Below are positions 9,080-17,916 of a stretch of DNA of 64,000 nt, piece after piece. Under the pieces are notes generated by a model. The model made no database searches and had not been told where the DNA came from. It was given only the letters and a program-made list of their open reading frames with translations. A program made the translations under genes and the position numbers. The stretch lies in IMG/VR virus record IMGVR_UViG_3300042868_009074, positions 1 through 64,000 of that record. One strand, written 5' to 3'. Numbering within the stretch: the stretch's first letter is position 1; the number at the start of each line of letters is the position of its first letter.

Positions 9080-9547
9080 ATGACCGAATTAACCCCACCA
9101 CTTCCTAATATGGATTCACCTAGATCCACAAACGGAATGAAGCAAATGGGAATCATTATGATTCTTCTTGCAGCCGTAGCTTTGCTTATTGGCATTCTCA
9201 TTGCATCACGCGATAACTCATCTGCTCCCGCAGCAACCAATGCTCCAGTCCAAACTTATGCTCCAGCTCCAGTTGTCAACAAGTATGAAGCTTATCTTGA
9301 CCATGTTTACAATAACTCTGGTCAAGCTAATACAATTACTAAAGCTTCTCTTATTGAATATGGCGATACTATTTGTTCTGCCTTAGATAATGGTAGAACA
9401 ATTCCTTATATCGTAGATTATCTTTCAAATAGTTCTTCTAGCGAAACCGATGCTGCTTTGTATGCCTCAGTAATCTTTGGAGCAATTACATATATCTGTG
9501 ATGAATACAAAGGTGATCTTAACCTTTATCTTTCTAACTCTAACTAA
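9080..9547 (+). CDS. Membrane-anchored DUF732-like protein
   Basis: N-terminal TM helix, Ala/Pro linker, YGDTICSALDNG...AITYIC two-Cys pattern typical of actinobacterial DUF732. Confidence 0.6.
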   Translation: MTELTPPLPNMDSPRSTNGMKQMGIIMILLAAVALLIGILIASRDNSSAPAATNAPVQTYAPAPVVNKYEAYLDHVYNNSGQANTITKASLIEYGDTICSALDNGRTIPYIVDYLSNSSSSETDAALYASVIFGAITYICDEYKGDLNLYLSNSN

Positions 9548-9816
9548 TGAAAAAATTCATTAGTAATTTAATTCCAAAAATCAGACCATTTACTGATGGA
9601 TTTGATTACGGTATTAAACATCACAAGACAATTGAAGATCATCACTTCTTCACTTATCCATATGGTTCAGATGAATATAAATTGTTCAAAAAACAAAATG
9701 ATCTTTATCGTAAAGGCATACGTATAGCAAGAGTATATTCTCGCTATAGAAATGAAATTCTTTTACTTATATATGTATTATCGACAGCATTGATATTTTC
9801 ACGCTGCGGTTGGTAA
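9547..9816 (+). CDS. Hypothetical protein with C-terminal TM
   Basis: 89-aa ORF coupled by TAATG. Confidence 0.65.
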   Translation: MKKFISNLIPKIRPFTDGFDYGIKHHKTIEDHHFFTYPYGSDEYKLFKKQNDLYRKGIRIARVYSRYRNEILLLIYVLSTALIFSRCGW

Positions 9817-9822
9817 ATACTT

Positions 9823-9895
9823 TCCCAGATAGCTCAGTTGGCAGAGCAGCGGACTGTTAATCCGCTTGTCGTAGGTTCGAGCCCTACTCTGGGAG
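9823..9895 (+). tRNA. tRNA-Asn(GTT)
   Basis: Canonical cloverleaf TCCCAGA/TCTGGGA, GCGGA-CT GTT AA-TCCGC. Confidence 0.95.
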
Positions 9896-9897
9896 CT

Positions 9898-10101
9898 ATG
9901 ACAAAATCTAAATATGACATGTCTCACCTACTAGGTAGACGTATAGAAATAATTACTTGCACCGATAGATACACTAATCTTGTTCCTGGCTCTCAGGGAA
10001 CAGTAACTGCGGTAGATTCCAACGGAACTGTATTCGCAAAATGGGATACTGGCTCTATTCTAGGCCTCATCCCTGGCGTTGATACCTGGAAATATCTATG
10101 A
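9898..10101 (+). CDS. DUF4314-like small protein (start reassigned to ATG 9898; upstream part of the listed ORF is the tRNA)
   Basis: GRRIE...TDRYTNLVPGSQGTVTAVDSNGTVFAKWDTGSILGLIPGVD pattern. Confidence 0.75.
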   Translation: MTKSKYDMSHLLGRRIEIITCTDRYTNLVPGSQGTVTAVDSNGTVFAKWDTGSILGLIPGVDTWKYL

Positions 10102-10390
10102 TCACTAATATAGTATTGTTATTAAATACTATATTTGCATTGTTTATTATAAGAATAATATACGATGCTATCAAACATAAAGGATAAAATGTTACATTAT
10201 ATTCAATCACTTATTACTCGTTATTCTTTTAAGCGTACTGCTAGACAACGTTATAAATCTTATAACAAAATACATCAAACTCCTTATGGAGTTCCCACTA
10301 GAAATCAAGGTTATTACGAATGAAAGATATACTAATCATATTAGTTATTGCAGGTGTTCTAACTTTTATAGTAGAAAAACTTTGGAAGCC

Positions 10391-10558
10391 ATGACATATA
10401 TTAAAATGCACGTAAAAGATAAACTGGACATTATTGCCCATGTTTTAACTCGCAACGGAGTTACTGTTTGGTATGGTATACCAGAACAAATAGTAGCTGA
10501 GCTTAAAGCTAATGGTTACAAAATTAAAAAACGTAAATCTTTTTCTAAAAATATTTAA
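10391..10558 (+). CDS. Small hypothetical protein
   Basis: Likely start at internal ATG of listed ORF 10286..10558. Confidence 0.55.
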   Translation: MTYIKMHVKDKLDIIAHVLTRNGVTVWYGIPEQIVAELKANGYKIKKRKSFSKNI

Positions 10559-10573
10559 CAACACCATACACCC

Positions 10574-10646
10574 GCGCCTTTAGCTCAGTTGGTAGAGCAG
10601 TGGACTTTTAATCCATGTGTCCCGGGTTCGACCCCCGGAGGGCGCA
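10574..10646 (+). tRNA. tRNA-Lys(TTT)
   Basis: GCGCCTT/AGGGCGC acceptor stem, GTGGA-CT TTT AA-TCCAT. Confidence 0.95.
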
Positions 10647-10648
10647 CT

Positions 10649-10927
10649 ATGACAAATGAACTAAACTCATTAAACGAACTTACAATTGGTGATATCGTAG
10701 GTGACACTAATCGTATCGTTATTGCCTGCACTAAAAAAGCAGAAAGAATTCCGGATGACTCTTATGCATATTGGGTTACCATATGCTTTAAAGAACAAGA
10801 GTATCATCCGTACGTAGTATGGAATGTTATTGCTCGTCCCGAGGGTTTTAGTTCCGTTGAAGGAGATTACTACTTTACTCTGGAAGAAGCTTTAATCCAA
10901 TACAAAAAACGTGGGGGAGAAGCTTAA
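10649..10927 (+). CDS. Hypothetical protein (start reassigned to ATG 10649)
   Basis: ATG begins 3 nt after the tRNA-Lys discriminator; upstream part of listed ORF is the tRNA. Confidence 0.7.
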   Translation: MTNELNSLNELTIGDIVGDTNRIVIACTKKAERIPDDSYAYWVTICFKEQEYHPYVVWNVIARPEGFSSVEGDYYFTLEEALIQYKKRGGEA

Positions 10928-11071
10928 TGAATAACTTAACTCTCACCAATATGATTGACCAGACTATCACCGATATCTCTGGTCAAAACTTTGTCCCCAC
11001 AGAAAAAATTATAGATCTATTATTAGATATTAGATTACACTTACTTATACAGGAAGAAGCAACACCCACTT

Positions 11072-11272
11072 ATGAAAGTTAAACTTAACGTAGAAATTCA
11101 TGCTGATATTCCAGGCGAATTTCAAGATGACGCAGATGCAGTTCAATTACTTCAAGAAGAAATAAACGAACGCTTTGAGATCAATTATGAATATGATAAA
11201 GGCGATCAACCTTCAGTTATGTTCGAATCAGCTCAAATTAAGATTTACATCCCAGGGGCAGGTAAACTATAA
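11072..11272 (+). CDS. Small acidic hypothetical protein
   Basis: 66-aa ORF in packed small-gene run. Confidence 0.6.
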   Translation: MKVKLNVEIHADIPGEFQDDADAVQLLQEEINERFEINYEYDKGDQPSVMFESAQIKIYIPGAGKL

Positions 11273-11564
11273 TGTGCTCAGGCTCAATAGAACAGCATGA
11301 TCTCGATCAATTAGAGCGGGAATTAGAAGAAAAAAAAGCTGTAGATAATTATGTTAATAACTACAGAGTATCTTTTTCTACTTTTAGCTTATTAGTTCCA
11401 TCTTTACGTGATTAATGCCATGCAGTGATGTGCAATCACTAAACATTTTGGGAGCTAACAGTCCCCATTGCTACGGGATCTTATTCGTTTACGACTAGCC
11501 CGTCCACAAAGTGGACATACCAATTCACCTTTTCCCCTAGACCAGGTGGCCACAACTGTCCTAC

Positions 11565-11638
11565 GGGCCCTTAGCTCAGTCGGTTAGAGCATCGGACTCA
11601 TAATCCGTGTGTCCTGGGTTCGAGCCCCAGAGGGCCCA
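11565..11638 (+). tRNA. tRNA with CAT anticodon (Ile2-like or elongator Met)
   Basis: GGGCCCT/AGGGCCC acceptor stem, TCGGA-CT CAT AA-TCCGT; no C1:A72 mismatch, so not initiator. Confidence 0.92.
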
Positions 11639-11782
11639 CTATGAACTTTATTATTTCATTTCTTGAACTCATTGTTATTTTATTAAATACAACAGTCTTC
11701 TTTAGATTTTTATTTATATCATTAGCAATGACTCTATACCTATACTCAGTCAAAAATATACGAACACAAAAGGAATACCCTA

Positions 11783-12097
11783 ATGACAAACACAATCCAT
11801 ACCCCTGAAGCTGCTCTTAAACATTATAAGATTCAACCAGCTTCTGATTCAGATTTTCCATACACTAAAGTTGGTTCTGAAATATACAATGCTGTTGTTA
11901 TACAGTTTATTGATATGGCTGATGATTTAGCTAAGAGTTTAAATAATAAACTTAAATTAGATTATCAAATTTCATCTCTTGATATACTTGATTCTCTAGC
12001 TACTGTTGGCCTAGAGCTTAATGTATTTGAAGAAGATCTTACCGAATACAACTGGCCATCTCTTGCCTATTTGGAAATTCTCAAAGAGAAAAAATAA
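11783..12097 (+). CDS. Hypothetical protein
   Basis: 104-aa ORF, AAGGA upstream. Confidence 0.7.
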   Translation: MTNTIHTPEAALKHYKIQPASDSDFPYTKVGSEIYNAVVIQFIDMADDLAKSLNNKLKLDYQISSLDILDSLATVGLELNVFEEDLTEYNWPSLAYLEILKEKK

Positions 12098-12360
12098 TGC
12101 CTTACATAGAGCAAGATGATCGTGTCTTTTTAGACCAAAGGGTTACATTTAACAATAATGCAATTCAAACTCCTGGCGAATTAAATTATGCTATTACTAA
12201 ACTATTAGATCACTACATTAGCTCTCATGGTTTATCCTATACCAACATCAATGAAGCCATTGGTGTGTTGGAGTGCTCTAAGATGGAATTATACCGTCGT
12301 ATAGCTGTTCCCTATGAAGATATTAAGATGCAAGAAAACGGAGACGTTTATACCGTATGA
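12097..12360 (+). CDS. DUF6899-like phage protein
   Basis: MPYI...GELNYAIT...NEAIGVLECSKMELYRR.AVPYED.K..ENGDVY pattern. Confidence 0.75.
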   Translation: MPYIEQDDRVFLDQRVTFNNNAIQTPGELNYAITKLLDHYISSHGLSYTNINEAIGVLECSKMELYRRIAVPYEDIKMQENGDVYTV

Positions 12361-12536
12361 GTAATAGAGTAAACGTTACCGCTCATGTATATAAGCCATC
12401 TACTGTCTATTATCCTGATAGTTCTAGACAATGTGCTCATGCAGATTGTACCACTCGTCTTTCGATGTATAACTCTACAGAATATTGCTGCACTCATGAA
12501 CGTCAATATCGCAATCTATATGTATATAAGGATTAA
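12357..12536 (+). CDS. Small Cys/His (zinc-finger-like) protein, 59 aa
   Basis: Manual translation includes CAHADCTTRLSMYNSTEYCCTH; ATGA-coupled. Confidence 0.6.
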   Translation: MSNRVNVTAHVYKPSTVYYPDSSRQCAHADCTTRLSMYNSTEYCCTHERQYRNLYVYKD

Positions 12537-12538
12537 TT

Positions 12539-13009
12539 ATGGGAATGGATGTTTACGGCGTTAAGCCTAAAAACGAAGCTGGAGAATACTTTCGCTCCAA
12601 TGTTTGGTTCTGGCACCCTTTATGGGATTGCCTAGAAAACCTTCATCCAACACTGTGTGAGAAGTGCGAATCTCCTCACGACAATTCAGGCTCTGGCCTT
12701 AATGCTAGAGACTCTTTAGCTTTATCTAAGCTTTTAAAAAAAGATTTAGATTCAGGTGTTATCGAAGAATATATTAAAAAATATTATGAAGCTATTGCTT
12801 TAGTTCCTCTTGATGATTGCAAGTTTTGCGACAACAAGGGTACTCGAGACTGGCCTTCTGATGATGGCACAGTCCTCACTAAGCAATGCAACGCTTGTGC
12901 AGGAACTCTCAAAGTTGCTAACTTTGTTACTCATTATCATATGGACATTGAGCTCATGAAAGAGTTTCAAATCTTTCTTGAAAACTGTGGTGGATTTACA
13001 ATTTGTTAA
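12539..13009 (+). CDS. Conserved phage protein with CxxC zinc-ribbon insert
   Basis: MGMDVYG...FRSNVWFWHPLW; CKFC and CNAC. Confidence 0.75.
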   Translation: MGMDVYGVKPKNEAGEYFRSNVWFWHPLWDCLENLHPTLCEKCESPHDNSGSGLNARDSLALSKLLKKDLDSGVIEEYIKKYYEAIALVPLDDCKFCDNKGTRDWPSDDGTVLTKQCNACAGTLKVANFVTHYHMDIELMKEFQIFLENCGGFTIC

Positions 13010-13245
13010 TCAAACCCAAGAACCCTCCTGCTTCTCCTCCTCTCCCTATCAGAGAAAGAATACTTGCCAAATACCATAATGATCTCACCATGATGGATCA
13101 CATAGATGCCTTTGTTCTATACGAAGCAGCTATGCATAAACTATATGTTAAGGTTAACCCCTGGCTTGCCAGAAATAAGTATGGCAAACCTTCGAGAACT
13201 AGAACTCGAAAAGATTTTGAGCCTAAAGAGGAAGCTTATGATTAG
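13003..13245 (+). CDS. Hypothetical protein
   Basis: 80-aa ORF, TTG start. Confidence 0.55.
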   Translation: MLIKPKNPPASPPLPIRERILAKYHNDLTMMDHIDAFVLYEAAMHKLYVKVNPWLARNKYGKPSRTRTRKDFEPKEEAYD

Positions 13246-13455
13246 CTCCCTTTAGCCAAATAGATTTATAGCAGCTAGTGAATTCAAACTTACTACGTGG
13301 TAAAACACAGAAATAAGCCGACTGAATTGCTAACTAAAAGCAATGATGCTAGTGGCCCCATATCGCCCCATTGCCTGCTATAATTAGTTTAAAGGATAAA
13401 ACATGTCTTCACCCTTATTACATTATCGAATACCCACCCTACTTCTCGTTTTCAC

Positions 13456-13529
13456 GAGCTAGTAGCTCAGTTGGTAAGAGCATCATTCTTATAAAATGAA
13501 GGTCCGGGGTTCAATCCCCCGTTAGCTCA
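13456..13529 (+). tRNA. tRNA-Ile(TAT)
   Basis: GAGCTAG/TTAGCTC acceptor stem, TCATT-CT TAT AA-AATGA, CGGGG-TTCAATC-CCCCG. Confidence 0.88.
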
Positions 13530-13554
13530 CAATTAAAATTTATTAGGAGAAATC

Positions 13555-13842
13555 ATGATCGACATAGATCAACTCTATCAAAATGAAATTGATTTATTAA
13601 ATGATAGAATTTCTACTTTTACAGAATTCTCATTTAATATAAACAATCTATTTAAACAAACTCAAGGCGTTCGAAATTCTTTAGACCTAGCTCAAGAATA
13701 TGTTAATAGCAAAGATTATATAAACGGTTATAAGTCTCTTCTTCATTCTATTTCTTTATTAGTAAATATTAATGAAGATATACTATCTCAATATTCTCAA
13801 ATGTCTATAATCCTAAAGGATTCTAATGGCTCGCAAATTTAA
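13555..13842 (+). CDS. Hypothetical coiled-coil protein
   Basis: 95-aa ORF, SD AGGAG. Confidence 0.7.
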   Translation: MIDIDQLYQNEIDLLNDRISTFTEFSFNINNLFKQTQGVRNSLDLAQEYVNSKDYINGYKSLLHSISLLVNINEDILSQYSQMSIILKDSNGSQI

Positions 13843-14236
13843 AGTTAAAGGTCTCAAAAACCTCTCCGATGTTGTTCTTTCTCAAGTATCTTGGAAAGAC
13901 AAAGCACATTGTAAGACCAAAGAAGTTTCTATATTCTTTGGCAACCCTAAATCTAATGAAACTAATCTAGCTGTTTCTATTTGCAAGTCTTGTTCTGTTA
14001 GACAGGACTGTTTCTATGAGGCTATCCAGTATGGATATGACGGTGTTTGGGGCGGTTCTACTGCTGAACAACGACAGTCTATTATAGATGTAGTTATGGA
14101 ATCTAACATAACTAATCTAACAAAAGAAACATCTAATACTCTACTTTCCTATGTAGACATGATAGGTAAAACCAAAAATTCAGCAACAGCTGATCTTATA
14201 AACATCAAATTATCTGAATTGGATCCAAATGTCTAA
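13826..14236 (+). CDS. whiB: WhiB-family transcription regulator
   Basis: WKDKAHC...CKSCSVRQDC...GVWGG...R. Confidence 0.9.
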   Translation: MARKFKVKGLKNLSDVVLSQVSWKDKAHCKTKEVSIFFGNPKSNETNLAVSICKSCSVRQDCFYEAIQYGYDGVWGGSTAEQRQSIIDVVMESNITNLTKETSNTLLSYVDMIGKTKNSATADLINIKLSELDPNV

Positions 14237-14939
14237 TAATATTTACAACACTAATGACGATGATATCTTCGATGATTACCAAGAACCTTCTACTTCAACT
14301 GATCCACTCCTTGAAGCTCCTCTTGTTAATGAAGATAAATCATTTGAAAAAGTTTTCTCAGATTTAAATTCTCCATTTGAATCACTCATCCAAAATTCTT
14401 CACTCAAAGTAAACTTTGGGGAAGCTTTCTACAACGCTGCTCATGAGTGGATTATGCAAGGCTATCGTGAAGCTGGCGATATATCTATTATAGATTCACT
14501 TGTTAAAATGAGCGATGGTAAATATCTTTATGAACACCGTCTCAATTGCTCCCGGCAAACTCTAGCTCGTAAAAAAACTGTACTTAAATTTTTGTCTATT
14601 CTCCTAGACAACACAGATGAATCTAACACTATTGTTTCTAATAATACGCATCATGATTTTAATTTCTCTGAAGCTTACTTTAGTATGTTCTTTCGTAGCT
14701 TTTACAATATACAGCTACATACTTTTCATCATGAAACCGCTTTGTATAAAGCTTTGTGTGAAATACTAGAAGTAGAACCAGATCACGATCTTTGTGATCC
14801 AAATGTAGAAACTGTTGCTATTACTAGCACTACAGACTACATTAATACTTTGTATATGCAATACTTCGACAGAGATTCCCTACAGCAGAAAATTGATAAG
14901 TATCTTGAAGAAATTTCCTTTAATAAAAATCAAGCCTAA
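14229..14939 (+). CDS. Hypothetical acidic protein
   Basis: 236-aa ORF overlapping whiB end. Confidence 0.75.
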   Translation: MSNNIYNTNDDDIFDDYQEPSTSTDPLLEAPLVNEDKSFEKVFSDLNSPFESLIQNSSLKVNFGEAFYNAAHEWIMQGYREAGDISIIDSLVKMSDGKYLYEHRLNCSRQTLARKKTVLKFLSILLDNTDESNTIVSNNTHHDFNFSEAYFSMFFRSFYNIQLHTFHHETALYKALCEILEVEPDHDLCDPNVETVAITSTTDYINTLYMQYFDRDSLQQKIDKYLEEISFNKNQA

Positions 14940-15360
14940 AACAGCTCAACTACTCTTGACTATAGGTAGTGCAGCTGGCTTAGCAGCTATCAATTACACG
15001 ATTATACATAATCCTATTGTATTCGTATTTGTTATGTCTTTATTCTTACATGAATTTGGACATTACTTTATTGCCAGGAAGTATGGCGCTAACGCCGACC
15101 TTCCTTATTTTATCCCTTTATTCCCATTGAATATTGGAATAACAAGAATTAGAAATTTAAAACCCAAACATATTCCAGCTGTTTCTATAGCTGGTCCAAT
15201 GTTTGCTTCTATGTTTTTAATATTCTTTATAATGTTTAATTCTATTTATAGATTATTTGCATTCATGCCATTATTTTTAATTTTAGCTTTTGAAATTATA
15301 TTGAACTATTTTGGTTCTGATGGAAAAAAATATCGTAAATATAATTTACAAACAGTCTAG
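14905..15360 (+). CDS. M50 (site-2 protease-like) membrane metallopeptidase; start uncertain (TTG 14905)
   Basis: LHEFGH zinc motif, VSIAGP, TM segments, SDG equivalent of the D ligand. Confidence 0.78.
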   Translation: MKKFPLIKIKPKTAQLLLTIGSAAGLAAINYTIIHNPIVFVFVMSLFLHEFGHYFIARKYGANADLPYFIPLFPLNIGITRIRNLKPKHIPAVSIAGPMFASMFLIFFIMFNSIYRLFAFMPLFLILAFEIILNYFGSDGKKYRKYNLQTV

Positions 15361-15441
15361 TTCAAACACAACCCTACAAGTATAGATTATTTCTACGCTT
15401 GTCAACCATAAATCCTTATATAGGAACTAAGTGAGTAAACA

Positions 15442-15675
15442 ATGAACACAGGCATAAAAAACTACCAAGATAAAATACAATCTTATTTAAACGATTGTTA
15501 TTTTGACATTGGCTCAACTCCTACTGGTAACATTCCTTTTATTCTAGATGAAGCTCATCTAGCTAAGATGTTAACCAGAATAGTGGTGAGTGCAGCCACT
15601 GTTTTAACTACTACATTATCCCTTAAGCAATACTCTAAAGAGATGATCAAACACTATAGAAAGACTAAACTATGA
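15442..15675 (+). CDS. Hypothetical protein
   Basis: 77-aa ORF. Confidence 0.6.
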   Translation: MNTGIKNYQDKIQSYLNDCYFDIGSTPTGNIPFILDEAHLAKMLTRIVVSAATVLTTTLSLKQYSKEMIKHYRKTKL

Positions 15676-16064
15676 GTTCTTACCCAGAAAAAATTCCAGA
15701 TGGAATTGGATCTATAAATGCTTTTCCATTTTCCTTTACCGCAGGCAAGGATGTCAAGCGTGAGTTAGAATTTCAAGTTGATCAAATCAATTCTCGCATA
15801 GAGAAGATTGTTGAACACTTTGTGTATAACGATATTCCTATAGTCCATTATATTCTCAAGGCTTCCAACCAAAAGAATGATCTTAAAAAGCTGGCTAAAG
15901 CTATTGACAGACTTGCTGACCTTGTCCAAATACAAGAGAACCTTTCTTCTCGCCTTAACATAGTTAAGGTTCTCGAGACTGACTCAGCTTGGTTTGCTTC
16001 AACTTTTTCTGACTATTCTTCTGAATTAGATCAAGACTTAATTAATATCATTAATCACCAGTAG
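15672..16064 (+). CDS. Hypothetical coiled-coil protein
   Basis: 130-aa ORF, ATGA-coupled. Confidence 0.7.
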   Translation: MSSYPEKIPDGIGSINAFPFSFTAGKDVKRELEFQVDQINSRIEKIVEHFVYNDIPIVHYILKASNQKNDLKKLAKAIDRLADLVQIQENLSSRLNIVKVLETDSAWFASTFSDYSSELDQDLINIINHQ

Positions 16065-16069
16065 GAACT

Positions 16070-17884
16070 ATGACTGTCAATTATTCAATTATTCAATCAG
16101 ACGAAGGTGCTATAGCAGTACAATCTACTGTTCAGTCCTTTAATCTAGACCACATTACTAACAAAGATATTGTTTCTTTTTATACCCGGTTCTCTCAATT
16201 CAGTGCTTGGGATACAGGCATTCTTCCAGTAGACGGAAGTGGTGTTCTATCCATACGTACTGCTGGCGAATACACTCAGTTTGCCTATCAGCATAAACCT
16301 GGTCTTTACCATGTTAACTGGGGTGAATCAGAAGGTGCAGCAGCTGCAGCATACTATCTTGCTCAACCATATCGAATCATTATTTGTGACATGAAAGATG
16401 GCAATCTTCTTGGAGCTAGAATGTTCTACTCCCCATATCCCATAACCAACCCATCTCAGCCACTGTACCATGTTAATCTTCCTAATATTAACTGCAATGG
16501 CTACCGTGGCAATGGTGTTGGCTGGATCTGCCTATACCAAAATGAAGATTGGTCTACTCTTCCACTTAATGAACGGATTGTTCGATTCATTGAACGCTGT
16601 TCAGGTGTAGAAACTTACAACGATGCCAATATGTCAGAGACTGATGGTACTCGTTTTTACAAGAAAAATGATAAACCATCTTATTTCTGGGACCCAGTAG
16701 AATGGGAAACCAAATCCGCCGAAGAAGGATATCAATGGACTCTAGATGAAGATCTTTTGATTCCTGTCCTAGTTAAGTCCATGGACAGTCAGTCTGAGCA
16801 TTGCTCTAACGGTGTTCCCCTAACATTTGCTGATGCTCTTGTAGGAGACTACCAGGCTTACTACTATGACAAAAAGCACACTAAGACCATCAATGCTGTC
16901 ATACGTCCTGATAAAGAATTGGATCCTAAAGAAATCCTTTCTTTCTTTGTAGCTTCTTACAACGGAGCTAATTCCCAAAGTAATCCTTTATTAAATAATA
17001 CTTTTGAATCTTCTGAATTAGTTAAACAAAACGTTGGCTCTGCCACTTTTACTGGTTCAGTATTAACTAACGCTCCTGCAGCTCATGCTTCTCATGAAGA
17101 TTCCCCAGATGTTTATTGTGAGACTTGTGAAAATTACTTTACTCAAGATGATATATCTGGAGACTACTATGGCAATAATGTTTGCACTGGTTGCTTAGAA
17201 GACAGTTTTACCTATATTGAATCTGCTGATGCTTATTTTAATCATGAAGATGAAAATATTATATATATAGAACTTCAGGCTACTTCCTTCCATACTGAAT
17301 TTGACTCAGTTGAGATATGTGAAAACTGCAATCAAGCATACGGTAAAGAAGGAAAGAATAACCCTCCTGACAAAGTCATTTGTTTAGATAACAATGACAA
17401 CGTTTGCCCTAAGTGCATTGAGAACTATGCTTACGATAAAGGTATTTCTACTGGGACTTGTGTTTCTTGTGCTAAGTTTGTTGTTACTGAACCAGATTTT
17501 TCTCATCATTACCTCAGCACTCACATTAGTCTTCCATATTATGACTATGAGACTAACGAATCATCGTCAGACGTTAAAGTAGTAACATTCTGTTCTTCTT
17601 GTCAAGACAAACTGCTGATATGTCCATGTGGATTGGTTAAATCTAAATCTTTAGAAGATTTCAATCCTTGTACCCCAATACAATCTGGCACAGGTGAAGA
17701 TGCTATTTCTATAGATAAAGCTTGTGTCTCCTGTGTCAACTTTACCTTTCATGACTCAGAAGAGTTAGAAGCAAATTTTGTTCCTGTATCAATCAGTAAT
17801 TTTACAAATTATCAGAATCAACTTACTTCTATTACTTCAATCCATCAAGGTTTTCAGAAAACTGTAGATGAAGAACCATTTTAA
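16070..17884 (+). CDS. Prokaryotic E2-like (family D-like) protein with C-terminal multi-CxxC region
   Basis: YYLAQPY..I...RMFYSPYPITNPSQPLYHVNLPNIN...GWICL; seven CxxC pairs downstream; lies next to JAB/E1/Ubl. Confidence 0.6.
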   Translation: MTVNYSIIQSDEGAIAVQSTVQSFNLDHITNKDIVSFYTRFSQFSAWDTGILPVDGSGVLSIRTAGEYTQFAYQHKPGLYHVNWGESEGAAAAAYYLAQPYRIIICDMKDGNLLGARMFYSPYPITNPSQPLYHVNLPNINCNGYRGNGVGWICLYQNEDWSTLPLNERIVRFIERCSGVETYNDANMSETDGTRFYKKNDKPSYFWDPVEWETKSAEEGYQWTLDEDLLIPVLVKSMDSQSEHCSNGVPLTFADALVGDYQAYYYDKKHTKTINAVIRPDKELDPKEILSFFVASYNGANSQSNPLLNNTFESSELVKQNVGSATFTGSVLTNAPAAHASHEDSPDVYCETCENYFTQDDISGDYYGNNVCTGCLEDSFTYIESADAYFNHEDENIIYIELQATSFHTEFDSVEICENCNQAYGKEGKNNPPDKVICLDNNDNVCPKCIENYAYDKGISTGTCVSCAKFVVTEPDFSHHYLSTHISLPYYDYETNESSSDVKVVTFCSSCQDKLLICPCGLVKSKSLEDFNPCTPIQSGTGEDAISIDKACVSCVNFTFHDSEELEANFVPVSISNFTNYQNQLTSITSIHQGFQKTVDEEPF

Positions 17885-17916
17885 TAAAATAAAAACAAAT
17901 CTTTATAAGGAGATTT

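Noticed and set aside
9838-9897. N-terminal extensions of ORFs 9838..10101 and 10589..10927, and ORF 11598..11795
   Set aside because: These are translations of tRNA genes.
10106-10135. AT-rich inverted repeat AATATAGTATT/AATACTATATT
   Set aside because: Low complexity, plausible by chance in AT-rich DNA; no other support.
13246-13400. tRNA-like start GCTCCCTTTAGCC and small hairpins
   Set aside because: No complete cloverleaf or T-arm could be built; stems are short.
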